Of a stretch of 64,000 bases of DNA, positions 9,953 to 21,546 are shown one piece after another (position 1 is the stretch's first letter; every line of letters begins with the position of its first letter). The DNA lies in assembly GCF_000142905.1 (NCBI RefSeq), contig NW_013657678.1, positions 558,001 to 622,000 of the forward strand, in the 5' to 3' direction. This DNA comes from Thecamonas trahens ATCC 50062. Lineage: Eukaryota; Protista; Apusomonadida. Under the pieces are notes generated by a model, which was not told where the DNA came from, made no database searches, and saw only the letters and a program-made list of their open reading frames with translations. A program made the translations under genes and the position numbers.

Positions 9953-12900
9953 ATGCCGTTCCCTTGGGAGGTCGCGGTATTGGCAATGGTTGCAACGACG
10001 CTGTTGACCGGTGCGCTCGTTCGAGGTGACTTGGCCTCTGAAGCTGCGCAGCTGGACGTGATGTTTGAAGCACTCGGCGGCTCGACATGGAAGGTCAAGA
10101 CAGGATGGGAGGCGCGTGCCGGAGGAGCCAGTGCGAGTACTGAGAGCGTGTGCGACTACTATGGCATTGTCTGCTCCAACAACACCGCGGACGGTCAACT
10201 GCACGTCACCGCCGTGTACCTTGCCGGAAACGCTCTCGATGGCGAGCTGCCGGAGCTAGCATGGGACTTTCCTGAGATGCGCGAGTTTGATCTCACCGCA
10301 AACCGGATTTCAGGCACACTGCCGCCAGCCTGGGGCCGTTGGAGCAAGCTGGAGAAGCTTTTTCTCGGCAGCAACACGCCCCCAGACGAGGCGGCGATGC
10401 TCGCCAACGGCGCATCGTACACCTACCTGCGTTGGTACGGACTCACGCTCTCGTCGGGAATACATGGCCCACTTCCGCCCGAGTGGGGCGCGCTGACCCG
10501 GCTCCGGATGCTTGCGCTCAACACTGGTGCGCGATCGACGACCGACGGCTTTGCCGGGCACGACATCCCGCCCGAGTGGGCTGGCATGGCTTCGCTCCAC
10601 TTTCTCAACTTTGCCGACTCGGGGCTGGGGACGGGTGGGCCGCTGCCGTCGGCGACGCTGGCGGCCATGCCGGCGTTGCGGATCTTCTCGTGTCGGCGGT
10701 GCGGGTACACGTCGATTCCCGGCGAGCTAACCTCCTCGCGGTCGCTCATCCTCGTCCACTTTGGCCACATGCCGCTCAACGGACCGTTCCCCACCATTTG
10801 TGGAACTGGCCGCAGCTGCAGGGCATCGGGATCGGCGACACGGGAACATACGGCGAGCTGCCGACCGACTGGTCCGGCATGCAGAGCCTTGATCTGCTCA
10901 ACTTGCCGAACAACCCGGGGCTGACTGGCACGTTCGAGCACATTGCGGCGCTGCCCAAGCTCCAGGTCCTCCACACCTACGGCTCGGGCATCCGCGGCGA
11001 CTTGCCGGTCTTTGCCTCGACGGAGCTCGAGCTACTTGCCATCTCCAACCAGGAGCTGACGGGGACTATTCCGCCTCAGTGGGGCTTGCTTTCCAAGATG
11101 ACTCAGCTGTGGATGGCCGGTAACATGGTGAGCGGGCCGATTCCCGCCACGCTCGCCAATTGGACGGCTCTCACACTCTGGGATACCCGTGACAATGTGC
11201 TCTCGGGCACGCTGCCGCCCGAGCTCGGCGCTGGGTGGAGCAAGCTTGTCCGCTTCAAGGTCGACAACAACAGGCTGAGCGGCGAGCTGCCGCGTGGCTT
11301 CAACTCGCTCGTCCAGCTCGATGTCAGCGGTAACATGTTCACCGGTTCGCTGGACATCATGTGCGACTCGCCTGCACTCGACTCTGTTGATGCTGCCAAC
11401 AACGCACTTTACGCGTTTCCCGACTCTTGCGCACTGACAAGCACCTCCCTTGATCTCTCTAGCAACAACTTTGCCGGCCAGCTCCCGGCCGGCATCGGCA
11501 ACGTTGCCGGACTCAAGCATCTCTCTCTGGCGTCGAACTCGCTGTCGATCGGACCGGTTCCACTGTCGTGGGCCAACCTCGAGCCGTCGCTCATTTCTCT
11601 GGACCTCTCGCACAATGCCATTGCCGCGGACGTTACCAGCTTTCTGGTCCCGTTCCGCACCTTTTCTGCACTCCAGCGAATCGATATCTCGCACAACAAG
11701 TTGTTTGGCGAGATGCTGTCGAGCTTGTTTCTGGAAGTCTTTCCGGTTCCGCGCAACTTTCTCCAGCCGCTTGTCTCGCTCTATATCAACAACAACCAGA
11801 TCTCCGGCAACGTGCCCGAGTGGGTCGATCTCCTCCCATCCATCCTCGAGTTTGACGGTTCGGCCAACAACTTTACCGGCTCGGTCGATCGGCTCACCGG
11901 GTACGTCCAGTCGGTGGTCCTTTCGGACACGCCAGGGCTGGGCGAGGCCGACGGCGCATCGCTCCCGCCAAATCTAGTGCCTGTGGAGCCGTTCTCGCAG
12001 CACCGCATCGACAAACCGTACTCGTGCCCCGCATTTGTGGATGTGCGGATGCTGCGGTCGAGCGTGGTGCTTGATCCGGCGTACTACGGCTACCACCTTT
12101 GCCGTTGCTTTTCTGGCTTTCACGGCTCGGCCGGCAAGTGCCACTCATGCGAGCCGTACGGGAGCGCGGTCCGGTGCGAGGGCGGAAGGGTCGAGCTTCC
12201 GGCGGCGCCGATTCAAGACGAGCGGATCGGACGGGGGTTAGGGACCGCGAGCCTTGCATCGATTGCTACTACCGACACCGCCGCTCCGACCGAGTCATCC
12301 AGCGACGCTGGGCCGTACTGGGGCGGCGCCGAGGTACACCCGGGCACCATCACCATTCAGCCCAACTACTACGTGGCAGGCAAGACCGCAAGTGGTATGT
12401 TCCTCCTCGACGAGTGCTACCCGATTGGAGTCCGTGAGACGAGCTGCAACCCGCAGGGGTTGGACGAGTACACCTGCCGGGAGGGGTACCGCGGGCGGGT
12501 GTGCTCGCGATGCGAGACAGGATACTATCTGCAGGGACGGCGGTGCGAGGTGTGCCCATCGGCGCTTCCTGTTGTGCTTGCTGTCGTGTACACAGTGACG
12601 TTTCTGGCGTGGTTTGGCGTGAACCAGACTCGCCGCAAGTCTGTTTTTACGCGCCGTTGGTCAAGTCGCTCTTCTTCTTTCTGCAGATGTCTGCGATCCT
12701 GTTCTCCGGCTCGTCGGTTGTAGTGTGGCCGCAGGCAGCCGAGTCATTTTTCACCACCATCTCGATGTGGACATCGATTTCTGTTCCACCACTGACCTGC
12801 CTCTCGTCGGCCGGCGACACGTGGGTGTTCTCGTTCTACTTTACTGCAGCGGCGGTGCCTGGACTGTTTATGGTGCCGGCGTTGGGCTACGTTGCATTTG

Positions 12901-14063
12901 TGGTTTTGTCTCGGTGCTGCAGCGCGCTGGGCAGGCGGAGCGAGCGGTTCTGGCGGCACGGGGCGATCCGAACGGCGCTTGCGGTGCTCAATCTGGGCTA
13001 CATGCCCATAACGATGAGCATGCTGATGGCGCTGCCGTGCCGAGGCTCGGCGGATGGCAAGCACTACCTCTGGGTTGCGCCGTGGATTGAGTGCACGCGG
13101 TCAAGCTCAGAGTGGCTGGCGATTGTGAGCATCGGGAGCGCGATGACGGTGGTGTACGGACTGGGTATCCCCTGTGGATTTGCGGCCCTGCTCCGGCAAC
13201 GGCGGCAGTCGCTGAGCGCGATGGTACCGGGCATGGTCGAGGCCGATGGTCACTGGCTGCAATTTATGTATGCGCCGTACCTCCAGCGAATGTACTGGTT
13301 CGAGCTCGCGGTGATGGCGCGGCGGTTGCTTGTGGCAGTGCTCGCGGTCCTACCTGCGACGAACCCATTTGTCCCTTTTGCGTTTTTCGTGGTCCTCACG
13401 GGCGCGCTCATTGTGCAGTTTACGGCCAAGCCATATGTTCACCAGGTGATCAACTGGCTGGAAATACTCACGCTTGTGCAGCTGATGCTCACCTTTGCAA
13501 TCGGCCTTGTGTACTCGTCCGAGATGTACACGACCGACCTCGGGTTTGCAGGTATGGCGCTCGAGGCTGTGGTCATTGTGAGCAACGTCGGAGTCATCGC
13601 GGCGTTTGCGGGCGTGCTGGTGTGGCGGATGTACACCGCGCGCAAGGCGTCTGCTGAGAGCAACGACGACACGGAGCGGAGGGCGCGGCTGAAACGGTTC
13701 GAGGCGGTGGTGGCGACGACGCGGCCACGCATCGCGCCGCTCATGGATCCGATGCTGGGCGGGAGCTGGCCGGCGACCCGGGCGGCCTCGTATCACGGAC
13801 TGGCTTTGCCGCTCGTGGCGTCGCGGAGTGCGTCCAGCCGCGGGTATAGCAGCCAGAGCGAGTCGTCGAGCAGCGAGTCGTCAACGGTGGCCGGTTGGTC
13901 AACGTGTGACGACATCAAGCCGCTGCTCGAGGCGTCGGGCAACGAGTTGGCTGCCAGCTGGAACGAAGGCGAAGACGAGGACAGGCAGCTCGCGTCGCGG
14001 TCGAGCGTTCTGAGCTCGATCTCGAGTCTTACGCCGATGACGGATGCGGGGCAGGGGACGTAG
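9953..14063 (+). CDS. LRR ectodomain / Cys-rich / multi-pass (about 7TM) receptor-like membrane protein (frameshifts near 10797 and 12645)
   Basis: Signal peptide and LRRNT (W...VCDYYGIVC); many LxxLxLxxNxLsGxLP repeats; CxC/CxxC modules (CREGYRGRVCSRCETGYY); then hydrophobic helices with YAPY..YWFE and KPY..NWLE. Confidence 0.85.
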
Positions 14064-15252
14064 TCTGGGACACACTGGCCGAGCCGGACGCGTTGGACGT
14101 GGCGGCTGGGGCAGCATCTGAGACAACGTCAACAGGAGCGGCGGTGGTGGCGGCGACAGCACGGGCAATGGCGTCTGCAGCGGCGCGAGCCTTTTCGTCA
14201 GCAGCGGCCTTGTCGAGGACCGAGCCGCTGCCGGCAAGGGATGCGAGGTCTGCAGACCAGTCGGGGCCGAGAGCGTGGCAGAGGCGGACGACCTGATCGT
14301 CGAGATTGCCTAGCGCCAGAACATCGCGGTAGTTGTTAGGGTCATCGGCAGGGGTAAAGTCACCGACGCGCTCGCGGTTGATGAGGAGGCGCGGGATGGT
14401 GGGTGAGACGCGCGACGGAAGCGAAGCAACAGGCTGAACTGTGAGAGAGGTACCCATGACGATGATGGCGTCGGCGATGGCGACGTCCTCGCGCGAGTGC
14501 TCGAAGAACGTCTCGGGAAGTGACTCGCCAAAGAAGACGATGGCCGGCTTGATGAGGCCGGCGCAGTCTGCGATGGCACAGCGGGGGATGTCTGCGCTGC
14601 GGATGGCGGTCTTGACGACGTCGATCTCGTAGGAGGCGCCGCAGTCGATGCAGTGGGCGTCGACAAACGAGCCATGGACCGGAATGACGACCTCGTCCGG
14701 CAGACCAGTGTCGGCCTCGAGGCCGTCGATGTTCTGAGTGTAGACCCGGAGAAGGAGGCCACGGTCGTGGAGGAGACGCAGGAACCAGTGAGCGAGGGTG
14801 GGACTCACCGTGTCCGTTTCTGAGAACATAGCAGAGGCAAGCGCGTAGAATGGACGCGGGTTCGATCGAAAGAAGTCGAGCTCAAAGACAGCCTCGGGAA
14901 AGGGGAGATCGTACTGGGCGAGCGCGGCGTAGAGGCCAGCGTCCGAGCGGAAATCCGGCACGCCTGCCGCCACCGAGAGGCCAGCGCCAGCAAGCACAAT
15001 GACGTTCCGCAGCTCGCCGGAGAGGATCTTGCCCACAAAGGCATCTAGACTTGGCGGCTGACCACCGAACACGCTTGTGCGCTCTTCATCGGTGAGCAGA
15101 GGCGGAGAAGGCGAGCGAGCCGAGAGCGAGAGAGCGCCAAGTAGCTCTGCCAGCGAGGGGAGGTCATCACCACCGAGCGCATTGGGGTCGAGTCCCATGG
15201 CGGCGAGGATGGCGGAGACGCCCGAAGGGAGGTTGGGAGGTGGGGAGGACAT
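14029..15252 (-). CDS. NAD-dependent deacetylase, class I sirtuin (SIRT2/Hst2-like)
   Basis: GAGLSVAAGVPDFRS, YTQNIDGLE, HGSF, CxxC..CxxxxC zinc site, KPAIVFFGE, GTSL, LINRE. Confidence 0.93.
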   Translation of the reverse strand: MSSPPPNLPSGVSAILAAMGLDPNALGGDDLPSLAELLGALSLSARSPSPPLLTDEERTSVFGGQPPSLDAFVGKILSGELRNVIVLAGAGLSVAAGVPDFRSDAGLYAALAQYDLPFPEAVFELDFFRSNPRPFYALASAMFSETDTVSPTLAHWFLRLLHDRGLLLRVYTQNIDGLEADTGLPDEVVIPVHGSFVDAHCIDCGASYEIDVVKTAIRSADIPRCAIADCAGLIKPAIVFFGESLPETFFEHSREDVAIADAIIVMGTSLTVQPVASLPSRVSPTIPRLLINRERVGDFTPADDPNNYRDVLALGNLDDQVVRLCHALGPDWSADLASLAGSGSVLDKAAADEKARAAADAIARAVAATTAAPVDVVSDAAPAATSNASGSASVSQTTSPAPHPSSA

Positions 15253-15717
15253 GGTTGAAGTTGGACGGGGTGGGTGGTGGTGAGGGGTGGGGGGAGGGCG
15301 GTCTGCCTTTTTGGGCACAGTGTGAGGTTGCGACATGTGACGCGGGAAGGAATGTGTATGTAGGGGGGGGAGGGGGGGGGGGGGGGGCGGGGGCGGATTG
15401 TAGGGTGGCGGTGGCGATGACAAAGGCGAAGGGATGGAAGATCAGGTGCTATTGCTGGAAGGCTGCATGGACGGTGGCGCTGATCGGCTGCCGATGGCTG
15501 ATGGCCGCGGGTCAACAACGATGGACCACGCTATGGGTGTGGCGCAAGACTGTGACAAACTGCGAAAGTGAATGGCCTCTCGACGCGACATGCGCCAAAG
15601 GATGCGGTGAGTGTAAAACTCAAGGTACGATTCCCTGCCACACACCGGGACCACTACAGAACACCACCAAACTTAGTCCAACTACAGACACCCACTCGTA
15701 CTACTGCTTCGCCGAGT

Positions 15718-17786
15718 ATGAATACTACAGCGATGGTAGATGGTGCGGTAGATGCGGCACAAGAGAGTGTTGGCGGTTTTGCGGATGTGGCCGATTTGTC
15801 AGTCGACACGTTGAGCAACGACTTTGTCTGGCCGAGGCCGAGACAGGGGACGAAGGAGAAGAAGGACAAGTACACGACTTGTACAGGGGAGATGTCGGAA
15901 GTGAGTGAGGAAGAGGCACACGCATTTGCTGTGCTTGAAGGAGGGTGGGGGAGGATGGAAGCGGCCGAGGCGGCCGAGACGTTCTCGTTCTGGGCGAGGA
16001 CCAACTTGAGGTTCCCTCCCTGGCTCGCTCCCTTCTTCTCCCGTGCCATCTGCGGAAGGTTCAACCATCCTGCTGGCCGAGGCTGTTCCACCGGCCAATC
16101 GTGTCGCTTTGTACATCGCTGCTTTCTCTGCTCGGATGGATCACATGGTCTGTTCTTTGAGCCCATTGCTTGTGGTCCTCGTCGCGCTTCGTCGTCGTCG
16201 TCGGCGTCCACATCGACTCTGTCGCTCTTGACAGGGCCGTCGCCATCGCTTGGCTTCCCGCCGTCATCATCATCGTCGGCGACGCCGCTGGCGGTGCCGG
16301 GAACAAACGAAGGAGACAGCTCGTACTTGTGCACGACTCATTCTGCGCTAGTGACGCTCGCCAACCGGCGGGGGACGACCATCGATGGCCTGGCGAGCGG
16401 GATTGCCGGATACGACATTGTTGCGCTGCACATGGCTGTGTTCCGCGGAGAGTGGGCCGACAGCGCAGCCGATGGAAGCAGCAGCACTGAGGCTGCGACA
16501 ACCACTGTCGATAGCTGCACAGGAGCGGTAATCTCGGTGCCGGAGCAGTGGGCTCGCTTGTGGGCTGATGTGACGGCAGCCAATCCGAGGCAGGTTGTCC
16601 TTGTTGATGCCGACAACCAGAGCCATCTGCTCGACGAGCTCCTTTGTGGAGAAAAGTACGCAGCAGCAGACACGGTACTTTTGTTGTTTGTGGTCATGTC
16701 CAAGTGGAAGACCTCGCCCAAGCGAGGGATGCTGGAAGAGGCGGCGGCTCACGGACAGGTTGCGGGGCAGCACGCCCGGCTTGTTCTCAGCCTCGGCGAC
16801 AGCAAAGACGCCGCCGATATTATGCTGACCCACCATGCGCTGGCGCTGTCACGGGAGCTGCCAAACGCCACATCTCTAGTGGTTGCCTCGCATGACGGCT
16901 TTGCCTCGGAGCTCGTCCGGATCCTGCGGGCCAGTGAACCAGGACGCTCGGTTGGCCAGCTGACAGCCTTTGATCCGGCATCAGTGGCAGAGCCGTCGGT
17001 TGTCGATGGCTCACAGAGCGCGGCACTGGCGACAGCCCGGGACCTGCTGCAAGTAGCAAGCGTGAGCGCACAGCCTGTAGGCGGCTCAGACGGCCCGCTA
17101 GCAGTATACGAGGCGAACCTCGGGCACGCGTTCAAGTCCCGCTTCCCCGAGGGCTACACCACTCACCGGCTCCGCAAGCTCCTGGAGATGGCGATCAAGC
17201 TGGGATGGATGGTGATGGACGGTACTTCAAAGGCGGCGCGGTACTTGATCACCGCCAGGGGGGAGAGAGCGATTGCACGCAGCGGCATCGACGAAGCCAC
17301 CAACGCCAAGTCCGTCGCCGACCTTGTGCGCAACTACGGCGGGCAGATCTCGTTCCTCAGCCTCCAGCAGCTGTTCCCAGACTCTAGCGAGGCCATGATC
17401 GAGCTTCGGGTCGCCGACGCGTTGAACGCCGGTACTGTGCGCCGTGGGCCGTACAACACGCTGGTGGCGGAGGAGAGCAATGTCGAGCACTCTTCACCTG
17501 CTCGGCCGAAGGGGAAGGCCGTGACGAGAACGCCGATGCGGGCGGGCCTCCGCCGGTTAAGAGAGCATCCAAGTCGCCTCTGGATGTGGTGGTCGACGCG
17601 CTGCGCACGCGTGGAGGGTCGATGGCCAAGTCGGCTGTGGGCAACGAGCTCAAGAAGAGGCTCGGCGCCGATGTATACTCCAAGGCAGTGCTGGCAAGTG
17701 TGCTGGATGTCGGCGAGCGGCAGGGAGTACTGTGCAAGCGGATGAAGGGCAACCACATGTGGATTGATCTAATCCCGCAGTTCTGA
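15718..17786 (+). CDS. CCCH zinc finger + NYN/PIN-like nuclease + winged-helix (LOTUS-like) protein; frameshift near 17515
   Basis: CGRFNHPAGRGCSTGQSCRFVH; VVLVDADN...SKDAADIML...VVASHDGF; C-terminal helical repeats such as GGSMAKSAVGNELKKR. Confidence 0.6.
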
Positions 17787-17961
17787 ATACATGCTGGACG
17801 ACCGGGGGAGTAGCTCCACACCACGTCGGCGGCGGACAGGCTAGCGGACTAGCGCTGGTGCATGCGATCGAGTTATCTTTAGAGAAAAAAGGGGTGATAA
17901 TCGAGCAATGTGACTCATGAGAAGCCCATGGGGGATCCTCCTTGAGCACAATAGTAAGCGC

Positions 17962-19626
17962 TCAGCTGCGACGCTTGCGTGGGCGGGTGTCGTCTGTGGC
18001 CGAGGCTGTCGATGCGCGGGCGCGCTTGGCGCCGACGACGGGCATGTCGAGGTAGAGCTGACACCAGACGGCGACTGCACTCTTGGTCTTCTCCACGCAA
18101 TCGTTAGAAGCCAGGTGGTACAGCTTCTGGAGCTTGCCCTGAACAGGCTTGAAGCACTTGGTGCGCGGCGAGCCGTAGACCGACATCAGCGCAAGCGCGC
18201 TGAGTATCTTATCGACGAAGGACAGAAAGCTTGTCATGCCGGTGGTAGCGTCGCGTGCAAGCATCGCCTTCACGTAGCAGGTCAACGTTCCGCTGCGACC
18301 AGGCGTCTTCTTGTGGTACACCTCCATGTTGAACGCGGGGAGGCCAAGGGCAAGCACAGCATCGGCAGGTGCGCCGGCCTTCTGGGCATCACTTACAGCG
18401 GGAGAGACGGTCGGGACAATGTCCCCGATTAGTGTCCCAAGGGTGACGAGATCAGCTGGCGATAAGGGGATGAGGAGTCGGTAGATGGCCTGCTCGGCGC
18501 AGACAAGTAGCCGCTCGATGCGGTCCTCGTTGCGAACTCCGTCGCTGGTCCGACCCGAGGTCTTCGCAATGTACGCCTTGATGTCATCGAACCGCGCCAT
18601 GAGCTGTGCATGCACGGCCAGCCAACTACTTGGAGGTACCCAGTCATCGGCCGTCGTCGGCGATCGATGCTGTGTCAGCGGCGGCGGCGGCGACGGTGGT
18701 GGTAGGGTTGGTGGTGATGGCCCAGGGTGCGGTGACGGCATTGGCTCGTGTGCGTAGCGAGGGATGGTGGAGGCCGGCGGAGCGGCGGAGTATGCCATCG
18801 GCAACACCAAACTCGGGCATGGGCTCGATCCCGAGCTCAAGCCCAGGCTGGGGAACAATCCCTCGATCTCGCCCGAGTCGAGATGCCCCAGCGCTACCGA
18901 CGACACGCCGCTGCCCGCGTCCGAAGGCATGGGCATCGGCGGGTGTGCGTAGCGAGGGATGGTCGAGGTCGGCGGAGCGACGGAGTATGCCATCGGCAAC
19001 ACCAAACTCGGGCATGGGCTCGATCCCGAGCTCAAGCCCAGGCTGGGGAACAATCCCTCGATCTCGCCCGAGTCGAGATGCCCCAGCGCTACCGACGACA
19101 CGCCGCTGCCCGCGTCCGAAGGCATGGGCATCGGCGGGTGTGCGTAGCGAGGGATGGTCGAGGTCGGCGGAGCGACGGAGTATGCCATCGGCAACACCAA
19201 ACTCGGGCATGGGCTCGATCCCGAGCTCAAGCCCAGGCTGGGGAACAATCCCTCGATCTCGCCCGAGTCGAGATGCCCCAGCGCTACCGACGACACGCCG
19301 CTGCCCGCGTCCGAAGGCATGGGCATCGGCGGGTGTGCGTAGCGAGGGATGGTCGAGGTCGGCGGAGCGACGGAGTATGCCATCGGCAACACCAAACTCG
19401 GGCATGGGCTCGATCCCGAGCTCAAGCCCAGGCTGGGGAACAATCCCTCGATCTCGCCCGAGTCGAGATGCCCCAGCGCTACCGACGACACGCCGCTGCC
19501 CGCGTCCGAAGGCATGGGCATCAACGCGTGTACGTAACGAGGGGAAATTCGACTGTGACCTCCTGCCGAGAGAAAATCCGATGTCGTATCGAAGTCATCG
19601 CTGTCGCCGACCGGAGGCGTCAGCAT
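17962..19626 (-). CDS. Hypothetical protein with four 65-aa tandem repeats and a basic C-terminus (start uncertain; frame is open to 20100)
   Basis: Long ORF with a non-repetitive helical-looking C-terminal region ending RPRKRRS. No family recognised. Confidence 0.45.
   Translation of the reverse strand: MLTPPVGDSDDFDTTSDFLSAGGHSRISPRYVHALMPMPSDAGSGVSSVALGHLDSGEIEGLFPSLGLSSGSSPCPSLVLPMAYSVAPPTSTIPRYAHPPMPMPSDAGSGVSSVALGHLDSGEIEGLFPSLGLSSGSSPCPSLVLPMAYSVAPPTSTIPRYAHPPMPMPSDAGSGVSSVALGHLDSGEIEGLFPSLGLSSGSSPCPSLVLPMAYSVAPPTSTIPRYAHPPMPMPSDAGSGVSSVALGHLDSGEIEGLFPSLGLSSGSSPCPSLVLPMAYSAAPPASTIPRYAHEPMPSPHPGPSPPTLPPPSPPPPLTQHRSPTTADDWVPPSSWLAVHAQLMARFDDIKAYIAKTSGRTSDGVRNEDRIERLLVCAEQAIYRLLIPLSPADLVTLGTLIGDIVPTVSPAVSDAQKAGAPADAVLALGLPAFNMEVYHKKTPGRSGTLTCYVKAMLARDATTGMTSFLSFVDKILSALALMSVYGSPRTKCFKPVQGKLQKLYHLASNDCVEKTKSAVAVWCQLYLDMPVVGAKRARASTASATDDTRPRKRRS
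18748..19522. repeat. 195-bp tandem repeat, about 4 copies
   Basis: The unit start GTGTGCGTAGCGAGGGATGG recurs at 18748, 18943, 19138 and 19333; copies are near-identical. Confidence 0.95.
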
Positions 19627-20116
19627 GCTGGGAGTCGCAAGCCGACCAGGAGAGGACAGGGCGTCACGGGGCTGCACAAAGTCATCCACCCGCGGCACAG
19701 CTCCGCGAGGAGTATCCACAATGATCGTGGGGTGAAACCAAACATGATGCTTGTAAGCGCGTGTCTCTACTTCTGGGTTTTGGAAGTCGTGTCTGCTTGG
19801 AAGAGCCGAGCTGTGTACGGCGTCTACCGAGGCTTCCTTTTGAAGTGTCCAGGCGGTCGCCTTCTTCGAGTGTGCCCTCGGCCCATGGCTTCGATGGAGC
19901 AGTTCCGCTGCTCTCTTCGTGAAGTTCCGCCGATTCGTTTTTTTCTCTCTCGGCACAACTTTCCCTCCGCCACACCCTCCGCCACACCCTCCGCCACACT
20001 GCATGCCGTAGTGGCCGAGGTGGCGGAGACAGCGGGGGGAACAAAACGTCGCACGCTTACTACCCATCGGATCAATGTCCGTTACTAATTGTTTTCTCAT
20101 CCGCTACTCTCACTCA

Positions 20117-21418
20117 ATGCAGGATTCTCGCATTCCCGTCACGGTGCTCTCGGGCTTCCTCGGCGCCGGCAAGACGACGACGCTCAACAATCTGCTGTCC
20201 AACACCACCGGGACCAAGCTGGCGGTCATTGTCAACGACATGTCCGAGGTCAACATCGATGCGGCGCTCGTCACTCGCTCGACTGAGAAGATGGTCAACC
20301 TCTCGAACGGGTGCATCTGCTGCACGCTCCGCGGCGACCTGCTCGAATCGATTGCCGCTCTTGTGGCGCCCGGCGCGCCGGCCATCGACGGCATCGTCAT
20401 CGAGTCGACCGGCATTGGCGAGCCGTTGCCGGTGGCGCAGACGCTCTCGCTCACCCCCGAGGAGCTCGGCGACGAGTCCCTCACCTCGGTTGCCAACCAC
20501 GTCCCCGTCGACACCATGGTGACCGTCATCGACGGCCCGGGCCTCCTCGCCCGCATGGCGTCGGGCGAGGATCTCGCCAGCCTCGCCATGGCCGCCGGCG
20601 AAGACGACGACCGCACCCTCGCCAACCTCCTAGTCGACCAGATCGAGTTTGCCGACGTCATCCTCGTCAACAAGGCCGACGTGGCCTCCGAGTCCGAGAT
20701 CGCCGCCATCACCACTCTCATCCGCCAGCTCAACCGCAACGCCAAGGTTGTGCCCACCATCCGCGGCAACGTCCCACCGGCAACCATCGTCAACACCGGG
20801 CTCTTTGATCTCGATGCCGCAGAGTCTGGCGCAGGCTGGCTTCAGGAGCTCCTCGGCGTTCACACGCCCGAGTCTGAAGAGTACGGCATCAAGTCGTTTG
20901 TCTTTCGCGCCCTCCGTCCCTTCTACTCGGATCGGTTCCATGAGTATGTGGCGGCCGAAGGCAGCACGCTCGGCGACGCAGTCGTTCGCGCCAAGGGCTT
21001 TGTCTGGCTCGCCACTCGTCACGATCTGCAGTTTATCTTCCAGAAGGCTGGCACCATGTGCTCGTTCGAGCCGGCTCGCCCGTGGTGGATCAACATCCCG
21101 CGCAGCGAGTGGCCCGACGACCCCACCATCGTCGAGTCGATTCAGAAGGAGTGGGATCCCAAGTGGGGCGATCGCGCTACCGAGCTCGTCTTTATCGGCA
21201 TGGACATGGACGAGGCTGCCATCCGCCGCGATCTCGAATCTTGCCTCCTCTCGCCCGAGGACATGGCCGCTGGTCCCGAGCACTGGGCTCGGACCATCGA
21301 GGATCCGTTCGACTTTGGCGAAGAGGAAGAGGAGGACATGGACGAAGAGGACGAAGATCACGCGCATCATGCGCACCACGCGCACCACGCGCACCACGCC
21401 CACCACGCCCACGCATAA
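20117..21418 (+). CDS. COG0523/CobW-family G3E GTPase zinc metallochaperone (YciC/ZigA/ZNG1-like)
   Basis: SGFLGAGKTT, VNDMSE, GCICC, ESTG, QIEFAD..NKAD; CobW_C domain (RAKGFVW, ELVFIG); acidic stretch plus (HAH)n tail. Confidence 0.93.
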   Translation: MQDSRIPVTVLSGFLGAGKTTTLNNLLSNTTGTKLAVIVNDMSEVNIDAALVTRSTEKMVNLSNGCICCTLRGDLLESIAALVAPGAPAIDGIVIESTGIGEPLPVAQTLSLTPEELGDESLTSVANHVPVDTMVTVIDGPGLLARMASGEDLASLAMAAGEDDDRTLANLLVDQIEFADVILVNKADVASESEIAAITTLIRQLNRNAKVVPTIRGNVPPATIVNTGLFDLDAAESGAGWLQELLGVHTPESEEYGIKSFVFRALRPFYSDRFHEYVAAEGSTLGDAVVRAKGFVWLATRHDLQFIFQKAGTMCSFEPARPWWINIPRSEWPDDPTIVESIQKEWDPKWGDRATELVFIGMDMDEAAIRRDLESCLLSPEDMAAGPEHWARTIEDPFDFGEEEEEDMDEEDEDHAHHAHHAHHAHHAHHAHA

Positions 21419-21432
21419 AACAGCTTTACTCA

Positions 21433-21546
21433 CCTGGACTACCTAGACTACCAGCCTCACTTGCCGGCCTCAAACGGATCCGCAAAACGCCTGGACTACC
21501 TGGACTACCAGCCTCACTTGCCGGCCTCAAACGGATCCGCAAAACG
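21433..21546. repeat. 57-bp tandem duplication
   Basis: CCTGGACTACCT(A/G)GACTACCAGCCTCACTTGCCGGCCTCAAACGGATCCGCAAAACG occurs twice, with one mismatch. Confidence 0.92.

Noticed and set aside
18606-20088. Long alternative-frame ORFs across the 195-bp repeat
   Set aside because: A stop-free unit whose length is divisible by 3 inflates ORF length in several frames.
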